A stretch of 64,000 nucleotides of DNA from Chiloscyllium plagiosum (lineage: Eukaryota). The notes under the pieces are model-generated. The model was not told the DNA's origin, did not search any database, and saw nothing but the letters and a program-made list of their open reading frames with translations. Positions 26,621-38,099 of the stretch are shown one piece after another (the stretch's first letter is position 1; the number at the start of each line of letters is the position of its first letter). The stretch is taken from contig NC_057718.1 in NCBI RefSeq assembly GCF_004010195.1, forward strand, positions 3,826,306-3,890,305. Direction: 5' to 3'. The position numbers and the translations under genes are program-made.

Positions 26621-27189
26621 TTTTTCTCCATCCAAAGGAGGTGCTTGTCCTAATTGGAGTTAAGAATAAAAAGAAGATTTGAAGCATCTCAGTTTCTTTC
26701 AGCCATGACAGAGTGGATATGGAGAGAAGGTTGTTTCCCTTTGTGGGAGTCTGGGACCAGAGGGCAAAAGCTCATAGGAATGGATCTGTGATTTAAGATG
26801 GAGATGAGGATGAATTTAATCTCTCAGAGGAAGTGAATCTGAGGAATTTTTTACCATAGAGGGCAGTAACTTCGATTCTGATAGCAACAGATTTTTAATC
26901 AGGAATGGAGTCCAGGGTTATGGGGAAAAGGCAGGAAAGTAGGGATGGGGACTATCAGAGCAGCCATGATCTCACTGAATGGCAGAACCAACACAATGAG
27001 CTGAATGGCCTAATTCTGCTGCAATATCCTCTGGTCTTAAGGTCCAGTTGTGGCATTTAACAGGCTATTGGGTGGTTATTTAAACATAAGCAATGTGTAG
27101 GGTGGAGCAAAGGCAAGCATTGGCACTCAGTTAAAATGCTCAAAGAGCTGGTGCTGATGAATGGGCCCAATGGCTTCCTTCTTCATCAG

Positions 27190-27440
27190 AACATTCCTGG
27201 GATTTTGGGAACAGTGAAATTCCAATTTGTGCAGCAAATGTTGCTTCGTCTTTTCTGTTTCCTGGGCTCAGTTGGAAGCTGGTGTTCAACCAGATCGTCA
27301 AAATCACATTTAATGTAGCTGGACTCTCTCTTCATTCTGTAGATGGTGAAATCTGCAGTTATTTTTTCCACAGTATTGTCTGTCCATTAAAGAGCTGGGA
27401 AATGGTGGGAGCACAGGTAGACACTCTACATTCTCAGTGA
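27190..27440 (+). other. Candidate coding exon of unidentified gene (copy 1)
   Basis: Acceptor ttccttcttcatcag|, open frame EHSWDFGNSEIPICAANVASSFLFPGLS...VCPLKSWEMVGAQVDTLHSQ, ending at gtgagt/TGA. Paralog at 44706. Confidence 0.35.
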
Positions 27441-28839
27441 GTGTGACGGGGCAGCTTGAGAATAGAGAATTAATGTGAGTGTCAGCATGGGTCCATTGGT
27501 GAAATTCATTCTGAATCACAAAGCTGTAAATGCACCAATTTTGTAAAACAGGAGGTTGTCATTCAAATCCACCCCAACGAGACCCAATGAACACAGACTA
27601 ATCTAATCCACTCCAAATCCACAATTTAATGGTGCAGCCTGTCCCTCAGTCCCATTCTCCCAATAAGTGAATGACAGAAAAGGATGGGAAGAACACTCTG
27701 TTTTCTGGCCGGTGATCCCAGCCTATGGAGCTCTGTGTCAGCTGCACCAAACAATCCTCAGACAGTGAAATTCTCCTTGTGACTCTCCCCTCCAGTTCTC
27801 AATGTTCAAACTTATAAAATTCTCACAAACTCCACAGCAGCACGAACCATAGAAAGGTCATTTATAACAAGTTTAACTTCTCAAAAGTGGATACTTGTCC
27901 AAAGCAACACACGGGGACAGGATCACAGCAAATAGAGTTCCACTGATCATCTCAACAGACCAGCAACCCTGCTTCTCCACTCAGTATATTGTATGTCCAG
28001 TTAATAATTCAAGACACAAAGTATCCCAGCCAACTGCAGTGTCTTTCATCACTTGTTTCTCAGGAGGTAAAGAAATAAAACTGTCAGTAAAGAGGAAGTT
28101 CAGCACAGTTCTCTTGTTGCCATGGGGTCTGCAGTTTGAACACATTCCTTATTCCATTTCTTGTCTTTCAATGTTTCTCTTTAACCTTTTCTTAACCCTT
28201 TGGCGAACAGACATTACTGAGTAGGTTTCCATGAAGTGAATCTGGTAATATTTGTTATTTATGATTTGTCATCAGTGAATTTACCCTGAAATTATATAGC
28301 AATGCTTACAATCTCTGCAACAATTATCATGACAATGGATCCTCACCCCTGATTATTTCCAACACATGAAAGGTGTAATGATAATGTGTAATTTTAAATT
28401 CTACAGCGCCATGACTCCCTGGAAATCAAGCCCACTATTCCAAGAGTTGTCGCAATGGGGAAAGGTTTATTCAAATGTTCTAAAGTCCCCAATTTGCCTG
28501 ACCGTGACACTCAGGATAAATGGAAACACAGACCAGTTACTGAACTGAACAAGATGAACTTAAACTGATTACAAACTGTTTCATCCAAAGCACAATTTAT
28601 AACTGGTTTTACCATTTCTGAATTTCTCCTCTCCCATATGAAGGCAGTCTCACAAGACAGATCTGACATGACTGTTAAGGGAAGAAAAAGATTGAAAAAA
28701 GTCAGACAAACACAGTTCAGTCACATCGATGTGGACCAGGAATTTAATGAGTCACTTGCCTTCTCATCATTTCAATTTTGATTTGGTGTTTTTGCTGTGA
28801 ACACTAAGTTACATTCAGAAGGCTGTTGTTAAGGAGCCA

Positions 28840-30350
28840 CCGAAGAGATTAACATGAAAAATTAAAGCCCATTGAGATTGGAATATTGCAATGAAATGGA
28901 TTGAGAACTGATTGTCACCTTTTTGCCAAAGAATCACAATAAATAGTTCATTTTCTAAGTGACAACTGCAATTAGTGGGGTACCACAGGGATAAGTGCTT
29001 GGATTCTAGCTATTCTCAATATTGATTTATAATTTTGAAAAGGGAACTGAATTTAAAGTCTCCAATTTTCAGGTGACAGAAAGCTGAGTGAGAGGGTGAG
29101 CTATGAGAAAAACGGAGAGATGCTGCAGTGTGATTTGGACATGCTGACTGTGTGGGCAAATGCATGATAGATAAAGTATAATGTGAAGTATAATGTGTAA
29201 TGGGCGGCACGGTGGCACAGTGGTTAGCACTGCTGCCTCACAGCGCCAGAGACCCGGGTTCAATTACCGCCTCAGACATGCTGACTGTGTGGGCAAATGC
29301 ATGATAGATAAAGTATAATGTGAAGAAAGATGACCAAAAGCAAAGAGTAGGAGGAAAAGGGTGTCTCACACGAAGACAGACTGTTCCTTGTGGTGTACTG
29401 TGTGGCTCAATGGAAGGCCCACAGTGTTCAACAGCTGGAGAAATGGATTAGATGTCAGGCCCAATTGGAATGGTTCCAAACTTTCTGATGGTATAAAAAG
29501 TAGATAAGGTTGGAAGCTGTGAGGAAGATGCAAGGATGCATCAAGTGGCCAGGCTCAATGAATGGGAAAGGACAAGGCAGATGGAATATAATGTGAATAA
29601 ATGTGAAGGTAGCTACTTTACCAAAGGAAACAGAAAGGCAAAATATTTTAAAAATCGTGAGATTTTGGGAATTATTGATGTCCAAAGGGATCTGTGTTAC
29701 TGTGTTCAGGACTTACTAAAAGTCAGCATGATGCTGCACCAGTCACTAAGGAAGGCAAAAGTTGAGGGAGTTGAGTCCAGGGGTGAGGATGCCTTGTTAC
29801 AGTTGGACAAAGTATTGGGGAGACCACACCTGGATTGTGGACAGTTTGTCCCTGAATGTAAGGAAGCACAGATTTACCATCGAGGGAGTTGTGTGGAGGG
29901 TCAGCAGAGTAATCGCTGGGATGGTGGGTTTGTTGGATGGGAGAGTGAGGAAACTGGCCTGTACGCTCTCGAGTTTGAAAAATCAGAGGTGATTAAATTG
30001 AAACTTTCAATGTGCTTCAAGGACACAACAGTGTGGATGTTGGTGGCAACGTTTCCTTTGGCTGGTGAGTCAAGATCTATGGGGCATTATCACAGGAAAG
30101 TAAGCCGTCCAATTTAGACTGAGATAAGGTGGAATTTCTTCATCCAGAAGGTGGGGAATCTGTGGAATTCCCTATCCCAGAGGGATGTGGGACCTCAATC
30201 ATTGAGTATGTTCGAGATAGGAACGGAAAGATTTCTAAGACCAATGAATCAGATGATATGGAGGTAATGAAGGAAAGTAGCATTGAGAAAAATAACCAAT
30301 CATGATTGAAATGATGGGCTGAATTGTCTACTGCTCTTTGTATGTTCCTT
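28840..30350 (+). mobile_element. Degenerate CR1 LINE RT
   Basis: QMEYNVNKCE, LGRPHLD and 3' end motifs. Confidence 0.7.
29202..29275 (+). mobile_element. HE1 SINE 5' head only, within a 51-bp duplication
   Basis: gggcggcacggtggcacagtgg...cctcag; 29138-29188 is identical to 29275-29325. Confidence 0.8.
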
Positions 30351-31909
30351 TGTCTTTGTTTCTTGGACTATGGGAATAAATGAGGGTTATAAGAAGAGGA
30401 GTAACCAGGGCGGGGGTGAGGAAAGGTTTAGATTAAACCAAGGACATCAGAGGTGGAAGTGGGAATGTCATTGAACAGAACAGGAGCTGCAGAGGGTTGT
30501 GGGAAATGATGATCAAAGACCTGAGAGCTGAGAGTTTGCAATTTCCTGGATATGTTGCTCACATCTTAATGAGTTACACTGGAGCCCAATTTAAACTTTA
30601 GTTGAAATGACTTTGAGATACAGATCAGCCGTGGTTCAGTTTGCCTTGATTTTAATTTCAGCTCCTGTTGATTGTTCTGATCCCAGCTGATGTTGTTCCT
30701 GGTCTAGTCCGATACAGAGTAAAGTCTGTCATGATTGATATTATTTTGTTGTGCTTTATTTAGTATGTTGGTCTTTCACTGAAATTAAAGCATGGAATGT
30801 TTGTTGCTCCAACATTTTATCCAAAAGGGACTTTATTGGACCTGTACTCACCGCATTACCTTTTTTTGAACACCTCCCGCTGTTCTGCTGTAAACTCACC
30901 CTCAGCAAGCTGTGTTCCTGGTTTACTTTGGCCAGGTCCTGCTTTATTTTTTTGCCATAACCCTGTGGTCAAGCAACCTATGGGCCCAAAACTGAACATT
31001 CTGAATTGACCCACAGTGGGAGAAATCAAGCCTGACAGAAAAGTGGCCAAATGAAATTAAAGTGCAGCCAGCAGCTGTCGGCTTCAGGGAATAGAAGAAG
31101 CCAAGGTCAAACCAATCACAAAGGATCAAGAGGAACCAGTTACAACCAGACCAAGAGTCGTGTATTGGAGGAGTATCGATTCGACTCTCTGGCAACTTGA
31201 CTGCCTGAGTGTGTGGAGAAAGTGAGAACTTTCTGAGTATGTGTATATCATACCTCCCAGCATGGCAATACTGAAGGGTGTTGACACAATCCCATTGGAT
31301 GATTTAAACCCAGTTTATGACCCCAGTGGACAAAGGCTACAGAAATGTTTGGAAGGACAGGCGCAAGCGGGGGACAAAAGCACACATCCCAACTCCATCA
31401 TCTCATGAGGACACAAAGAAACCTCAATGATGATTCAGTGAAGACTCTGAAGACTTGCAGGGAAGATGCACAGCAAGACTCATGGCAGAAGATGATGAGC
31501 CACCCCAAAAGACCCAGGAGAAGATCTGCCCTGACCTGTGAAACGAGCTTTGTGAAAGAGAGCCAGCAATACATCGGAGAGAATGGAGATTCTAACACCC
31601 CGGATCAATCATGTGGACCATTGTGGGTAATATATCAGATGGATAAAGCTAAATAAATATTGGAAAATAGTCAGGTGGTATTTTTAATAAGGAGCATTTT
31701 GTGAATGAAATTGAGTTGAACCACAAACGGATCTCTGTATCCCCCTTGTCCGCTTCATCAACTAGAGTGTTTGGATAAAGTGTTTCCAAAACAGAACTGG
31801 GTCAAACGAACAACACATCATTCCAGAGCCCGTTTTTGCAGACCATCCCTTTCCGCTCCCCGAACAAACTGAAAACATTTGGTGCTGCGGTTCCTGTTAC
31901 AAAAATGCT

Positions 31910-32640
31910 CCCCCACTGTCACCTCAAACAGCTGTCCAGCTTCGTTCCACCAAATTAGGTCCTGCACTGCACTCTCCCATGTTGGACCTTCTACACATTG
32001 ATATAAAAAGCTCTCCTGTATAAATTTAAAGAAATCTGCTCCCTTGAAACTTTTACACTATTGTTATCCTACTCATGCTGATGAAGTTGAAATTCCCTGA
32101 TATAATTATCCATTTGTTCCATTGCCCGGGTGACTGTTGGGGATTGACAATATGCTCCCATTGTGTGACTGTTCCTAAACTCTGCCCCAAAGCCTAATTT
32201 GAAGACCATTCTAAGATATTGTCCTTCCTTACTGCAGTAATAGACTCCTTTTAAATAACACAAAGCCACCTTCTCTTTGGCACCTTTCTCTGTCCTGCCC
32301 AAAGATCCTGTACCTGAGAATGTTGAGTTGCCAGTTCTGCCCCTCCCTCAACCATGTCTCTGTGAAAACAACAGCATCTAATTCTAGGTGTCAATCCATG
32401 CCCTCCAACCCATCTCTCCTACCCATTTTACCCTGTGCAAAAACGAGTAGACCACCCAGCTGGCCTTCCTCCCTGAAACTCAACATGGCTGAACTCGATC
32501 TGCCTTTATTCCTTCACTAAAGTAGGCTGTGTCCCTACATACTAACACACTATATCCCCTCCCTCTGGGGAACTACTTTAAATTCCACCCAAGAGCATGA
32601 ACAAACCCACCCACACAAGGGTGTTGGTCCCATTCTGATT
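31910..32640 (-). mobile_element. CR1 endonuclease-domain remnant
   Basis: Degenerate APE-type endonuclease motifs on the minus strand (YCQSP.., EF..). Confidence 0.5.
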
Positions 32641-33124
32641 CAGGAGCAGACTGTCCCATCAATGGTTTCCTTATGATTCAAAGGTTCTACCAAATTGTTC
32701 CACAGTATAAACAGCCTGATCAAAAAATTATCTTCTCAGACACAAGTATTTCTGATGCAGTGAATAAACCAACTTCCTCCACCCTACCCTGGCCTGTTGG
32801 ACTATATAACAGAAGGTTAACAGCTGAAATGATGTCCTTCTGAGAGCTTTTTTTTATTACAAGGAGGTTTGGAATACAATGATAAAGAAGCCCTTTCCAA
32901 CTGAGCACTGTGTGTGTATATGCCTATTGAATTATATCAAAGGTGAGACCCACACACAGGCCATTCAGCCCAATCAGTCAATGCTGGTGTTTGTGCTGTA
33001 TTTCACCATGTGACCATCCTTCTGCAAATAAGTATCAGCAGCATAACTGTCCACTCTTCCCCTTTATTTACTTCCCCAATTTCCCCTGAAGTGAATCTGT
33101 GCTACGCACTTCAACCACTCTCTA

Positions 33125-33750
33125 GATTTTTATAAATGACCTGGATGAGGGGCTAGAAGATTGGGTGAGCAAGTTTGCGGATGATACGAAAGTCGGTGGA
33201 ATTGTTGACAGTGAGGAAGGATGTGTCAGGTTACAGCGGGATATAGATAAGCTGCAGAGCTGGGCAGAAAGGTGGCAAATGGAGTTCAATGTGGGTAAGT
33301 GTGAGGTGATTCACTTTGGTATGAGTAACAAAAAGATGGGGTACTGGGCTAATNNNNNNNNNNNNNNNNNNNNNNNNNNNNNNNNNNNNNNNNNNNNNNN
33401 NNNNNNNNNNNNNNNNNNNNNNNNNNNNNNNNNNNNNNNNATAGGGTTGACCATGAGAACATTTTTCCACGTATGGAGTTAGCTATTACGAGGGGGCATA
33501 GCTTTAAATTAAGGGGTGGTAGGTATAGGACAGATGTTAGGGGTAGATTCTTTACTCAGTGAGTCGTGAGTTCATGGAATGCCCTGCCAGTAGCAGTGGT
33601 GGACTCTCCCTCTTTATGTGCATTTAAGCGGGCATTGGATAGGCATATGGAGGATAATGGGCTAGTGTAAGTTAGGTGGGCTTGGATTGGCGCAACATCG
33701 AGGGCCAAAGGGCCGCTACTGTGCTGTATTTTTCTATGTTCTATGTTCTA
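33125..33750 (+). mobile_element. Young CR1 LINE 3' part spanning an assembly gap
   Basis: SKFADDTKVGG..WAERWQMEFN; (ttctatg)n tail. Confidence 0.85.
33354..33440. other. Assembly gap (N run)
   Basis: 87 N. Confidence 1.
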
Positions 33751-33979
33751 AAGAGTTCTACTTTCCACTCCCTCAGATAATGAGTTACATTTTCTCAACA
33801 GTCTGTCTTTGAAAAGAGGTTTCTTCACAATTCGCAACTGGATTTGTGACAGAGTTTTCACCTCCCACGTCACCCCCATCCACTGAGCATTCATGTGTTA
33901 TCAACACTGCCTTGTAATGAACAAAAACAGAAATGACAAATTGCTGAGGAAGAAAGGGAATGGATGACCAAAAGGCAGA

Positions 33980-35720
33980 AAATGAGCAGGAATGCAGTGC
34001 AGGTATCCGCTGCAGTCATCTCCCTCCAAAACAGATATAAGCAGTTTGGATACTGTTAGGGCGATGGCCCACCAAGGGAAGTCAGCAGTGGCCAGATTCA
34101 TGGCACCATGGCTAGCTCTGCTGTTCAGCAGGGTGGGAAAAACAGTGGAAGAACTATAGTCATAGAGGATTCAATTATAAGGTGAGTAGATAGGCAGCTC
34201 TGTGGTCGAAAACAAGATGCCGGAATGGTATGTTGCCTTCCAGGTGCATGGTCAGGGATGTCTTGGACCGGCTACAGAACATTCTCCAGGGGACTGTGAA
34301 CAGCCAGTTGTCATGGTGCATATAGGCACATACGAGTAGGCCAAAAACACAGGATGAGGTCCTACAAGCAGAATTTAGGGAGTTAGGAGACAAGTTAAAA
34401 AAGTAGGACCTCAGAGGTAGCAATCTCAGGATTGCTATCAGTGCAAGGCGCTCGTCAGGGTACGAATGATAGAATAAGCAGGATGAATGTGTGGCATGAG
34501 AGATGGTGCAGGAGGGAGGGGTTCAGATTTTTGAGACACTGAGGTCGGTTCTGGGGGAGGTTGGTACGATTACAAATTGGACTGTCTCCACGTGGGCCGG
34601 ACTAGAACCAATGTCCGTGGGGGCATGTTTGCTAACACTGTTGGGGGGCTTTTCAAGATAATGTGGCAGGGGAATGGGAACCAAGTGAGGTTGGAGGACA
34701 GAAAGGAAGGAGTGACTATAGCCTGTAAGGAACTAGATAATGAAGTCACCGTGACTAAGGGGAAGAGTCAGCAGGGAGCAGATGATGACTGCAAAGGGAC
34801 TGGTGGTCTGAGGTGCATTTGTTTTAATGCAAAAAGGGTAGTAGGTAACCACATGAACTTAGGGTGTGGATTAGTACCTGGATTTATGATGTTATTGCTA
34901 TTATTGAGACTTGGTTGAGGGAAGGGCATAATTGGCAATGAAATATCCCAGGATATCGATGCATCAGGTGGGATAGAGAGGGAGGTAAAAGGGTTGGAAG
35001 AGTTGCATTACTGGTCAAAGAAAATATCACAGCTGAAGGAGGGCACTATGGAAGATTCAAGCAGTGGGGCATTATGGGCAGAATTCAGAAATAGGAAAGC
35101 TGCAGTAACAATGTTGGGGCTATACTGCAGACCTCCCAACAGAGAACTTGAGATAGAAGTACAAACATGGAAACAGATCATGCAAAGTTGTAGGAGCAAC
35201 ATGGTGGTGGTGATAGGAGATTTTAATTTTCCCAACATTGACTGTGAATCATTTTGTATTAGAGGTCTAGATTGAACAGAATTTGTAAGGAGCATCCAGG
35301 AGGGTTTTCTAGAGCAGGATGTCAATAGTCTAACTCGAGAAGGGGCCATACTGGACCTGGTATTGGGAAAGGAGCCCAGCCAGGTGGTTGATGTTCAGTA
35401 GGGGATTGCTTTAGGAATAGTGATCACAATTCCAAAAGTTTTAGAATCCTCATGGACAAGTACGAGAGTGGTCTTAAAGGAAGAGTGGTAAACTGAGGGA
35501 AGGCCAACTAAAGCAAAATTCAGCAGGAGCTGGGGAATGTAGGTTGGGAGCAGCTGTTTGAAAGGAAATCCACATTCGACATGTGGGAGGCTTTGAAATA
35601 GAGGTTGATTAGAGATCAGGAGAGGTATGCTGCTGTGAAAATGAGGTATCGAAATGGCAAGATTGGGGAACCATGGATGACAGGTGAAATTGTGAGACTA
35701 GCTAAGAGGAAAAAGGATCT
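33980..35720 (+). mobile_element. CR1 ORF1 (esterase-like) and ORF2 endonuclease remnant
   Basis: TIVIEDSIIR..VCCLPGA..VHIGT; LRCICFNA; YCRPPN..VVIGDFNFPNID. Confidence 0.8.
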
Positions 35721-35721
35721 G

Positions 35722-36845
35722 AATATAGGTTTGCTCGCTGAGCTGAGAGGTTGATTTTCAGATGATTCATCACCATACTAGGTAACGTCTTCAGTGAGCC
35801 TCCAGACAAAGCACTGCTGATGTTTCCTGCTTTCTATTTATATTTTTGGGTTTCTTTGGGTTGGTGATGTAATTTCCTGTGGTGATGTCATTTCCTATGG
35901 TGAAGACATTTCTTGTTCTTTTTTCACAGGGGGTGGTAAATGGGATCCAAGTCAATGTGTTTGTTGATAGAGTTCCGGTTGGAATGCCATGCTTCTAGGA
36001 ATTCTCATGCATGTCTCTGTTTGGTGTGTCCTAGAATGGATGTGTTGTCCCAGTCAAATCCAACCCAAACTTTGGGTCCACTATGTGGATGACACCTTTG
36101 CCATCACTAAACAAAACAAATTAGAGGAAACCTTCAAGACCATCAATAATACCCTTACTGGTATAAAATTCACTTAAGAGGAGGAAAACAACAACAAACC
36201 ATCACAGTAGAGCGAACAGCCAATGGAGAACTTCAAACCAGCGTCTACTGGAAAACACACATATGGACTAAATATTGAACTAAAGTAGCAATCATCCTAA
36301 CATCCACAAACGAAGCTGCATCAGAACGTCAGCCACCACACACTGCAGCACAGAGGAACTATGCAGAGCAGAGGAAAATCATCTATACAATGTATTCAAA
36401 AAGAATTGGCATCCAATGAACACAGTCTGCCGATTTCTCAGCAACAAACCTAAACAAGCAGACAAGACACGCCCAGAGACCTTAGCAAATCTTCCCTACA
36501 TCAAAGACTTCTCAGAAATGACTGCCAGACTACTCAAAGCTCTTGTCATCATGGTAGCACACAAACCCACCAAACACACTAAAAGAGCAGCTAATGAACT
36601 TGAAAGACCCTATACAGACAACAAGCAAAACTAATGTCATTTACAAAATATTGTGAAAGAACTGTAACAAACACTACATTGGACAAACAGGCAGAAAACT
36701 ATTTACCAGGATACATGAACACCAATTAGCCACAAACCGACGTGACCCTCTCTCACTAGTATCTTTACATACAGATAAAGAAGGACACCACTTCAACTGG
36801 GACAACACATCCATTCTAGGACAAGCCAAATAGAGACACACATGA
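35722..36845 (+). mobile_element. Penelope-like element, 5'-truncated with inverted terminal segment
   Basis: RT motif PKLWVHYVDDTF and GIY-YIG (NVIYKIL..CNKHYIGQTGRKL..RIHEH). 35722-36050 is an inverted 3' end that overlaps 36795-36845. Confidence 0.85.
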
Positions 36846-36978
36846 GCTGCTCCCAAAGTGCCTGCCCCACCCAATCCCACCATCCCTTTCTGGCCCTGAT
36901 GACAGGCTATCATCTAAGAATAGAATAGCATCTGCTCCTGGGCCTGGCCAAACTGGCCATTAACAGGTCCAGGCAGCG

Positions 36979-37015
36979 NNNNNNNNNNNNNNNNNNNNNN
37001 NNNNNNNNNNNNNNN
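36979..37015. other. Assembly gap (N run)
   Basis: 37 N. Confidence 1.
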
Positions 37016-37845
37016 ACCAACACCCTGGAGTTGTTCTGGGAGAGGTGGGCGCCGCAGGGAGTGGAGTGCATCATTTCTCCCTCCAACTCTATTTTGATTT
37101 AGTCCCTACCCTCCCCTTCACTGTTTTGATCACACAGCACTGCCCTCTGATGTGAAGGGCAGTGTTTGTCACTGGCCACCTGGGTGTTTTCCTATTTTCT
37201 GGTGGCGGAAATTGAATAAAGACTCGTGCACTTTGTGTCTTTCACTGTGTCTCACACCTGCGCACACACTATGGGTGCTGGGGATAAAATAAGCACTACC
37301 GCACTTAGGTGGTAGTGTGGGGGTTAAATTTAAAAAAAAAACAGGTGTGCTTGCCCTTTGAGGTGAAGGGCAGTGTTTGTCACTGGCCACTCGGGTGTTT
37401 GCCTAATTTGAGTGTATGTGCAAGGACTCTCCTTGAAGGCGACTATCCCTAGACCAGCTGCCCTACAGGAAGAGAGAAGGAGAAAAAAGAATAGAATAGC
37501 CTGTAGATGGGCAGGGCATTTTGATCAAATCTCTTCTCAACTTTTCCTTCTCCAAGGGGAACAGTCCCAATCACTTTGATTAGTGTTATTATGGTCCCAG
37601 TTAATGTTAGTATTGGACAAGTTTGATTCCAGACTGAAATCTGGCTTGGATTCTTTTTTGTAGAAAACTAGTAATGCAGCAGACTTGGTTTCAACAAAAG
37701 GTGAAGATATTTTATGATTTTTATGATGTGATTTTTGTTCAAATAGAACTGATAAAATATAATGAACTAAGCTATATACATTAAACACACAGCAAAATAC
37801 AATATTTTAATGGTCCAGTCAGCACACAATACAGACATTAGAGAG

Positions 37846-38072
37846 TGTTTTATTTCCCTCTCCAACTCTATTTTGATATAATCCCTACCCTCCCCTTCAC
37901 TTTTTTGATCACACGGCATTGCCCTTTGATGAGAAGGGCTTTGCTTGTCACTGGGCACTCGGGTGTTTCCTGGAGGGGGAATACAAATAAAGGTTTACAC
38001 ACCTATTGTTATTCACTGTATCCTACACCTGCACACACAAGACATGGATGTGGGGGAATTTTGTTTTAAAAG
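37846..38072 (+). mobile_element. Retroposed 3'-end fragment with 16-bp TSD; related copy at ~37070-37400
   Basis: TSD tacagacattagagag at 37830-45 and 38073-88; shares ctccaactctattttgat..ccctaccctccccttcact with 37081. Confidence 0.7.
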
Positions 38073-38099
38073 TACAGACATTAGAGAGAATACCCTTCT

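Noticed and set aside
28040-28100. J-like string (FSGGKEIKLSVK) followed by ggaag
   Set aside because: No RSS, no FGxG and no GT donor; too weak to call.
29536-30117. 193-aa ORF
   Set aside because: Frameshifted CR1 reverse-transcriptase remnant.
30640-31720. Possible gene or LTR remnant with ~100-aa ORFs
   Set aside because: No recognisable domain or splice pattern; probably a decayed retroelement, but I cannot support a call.
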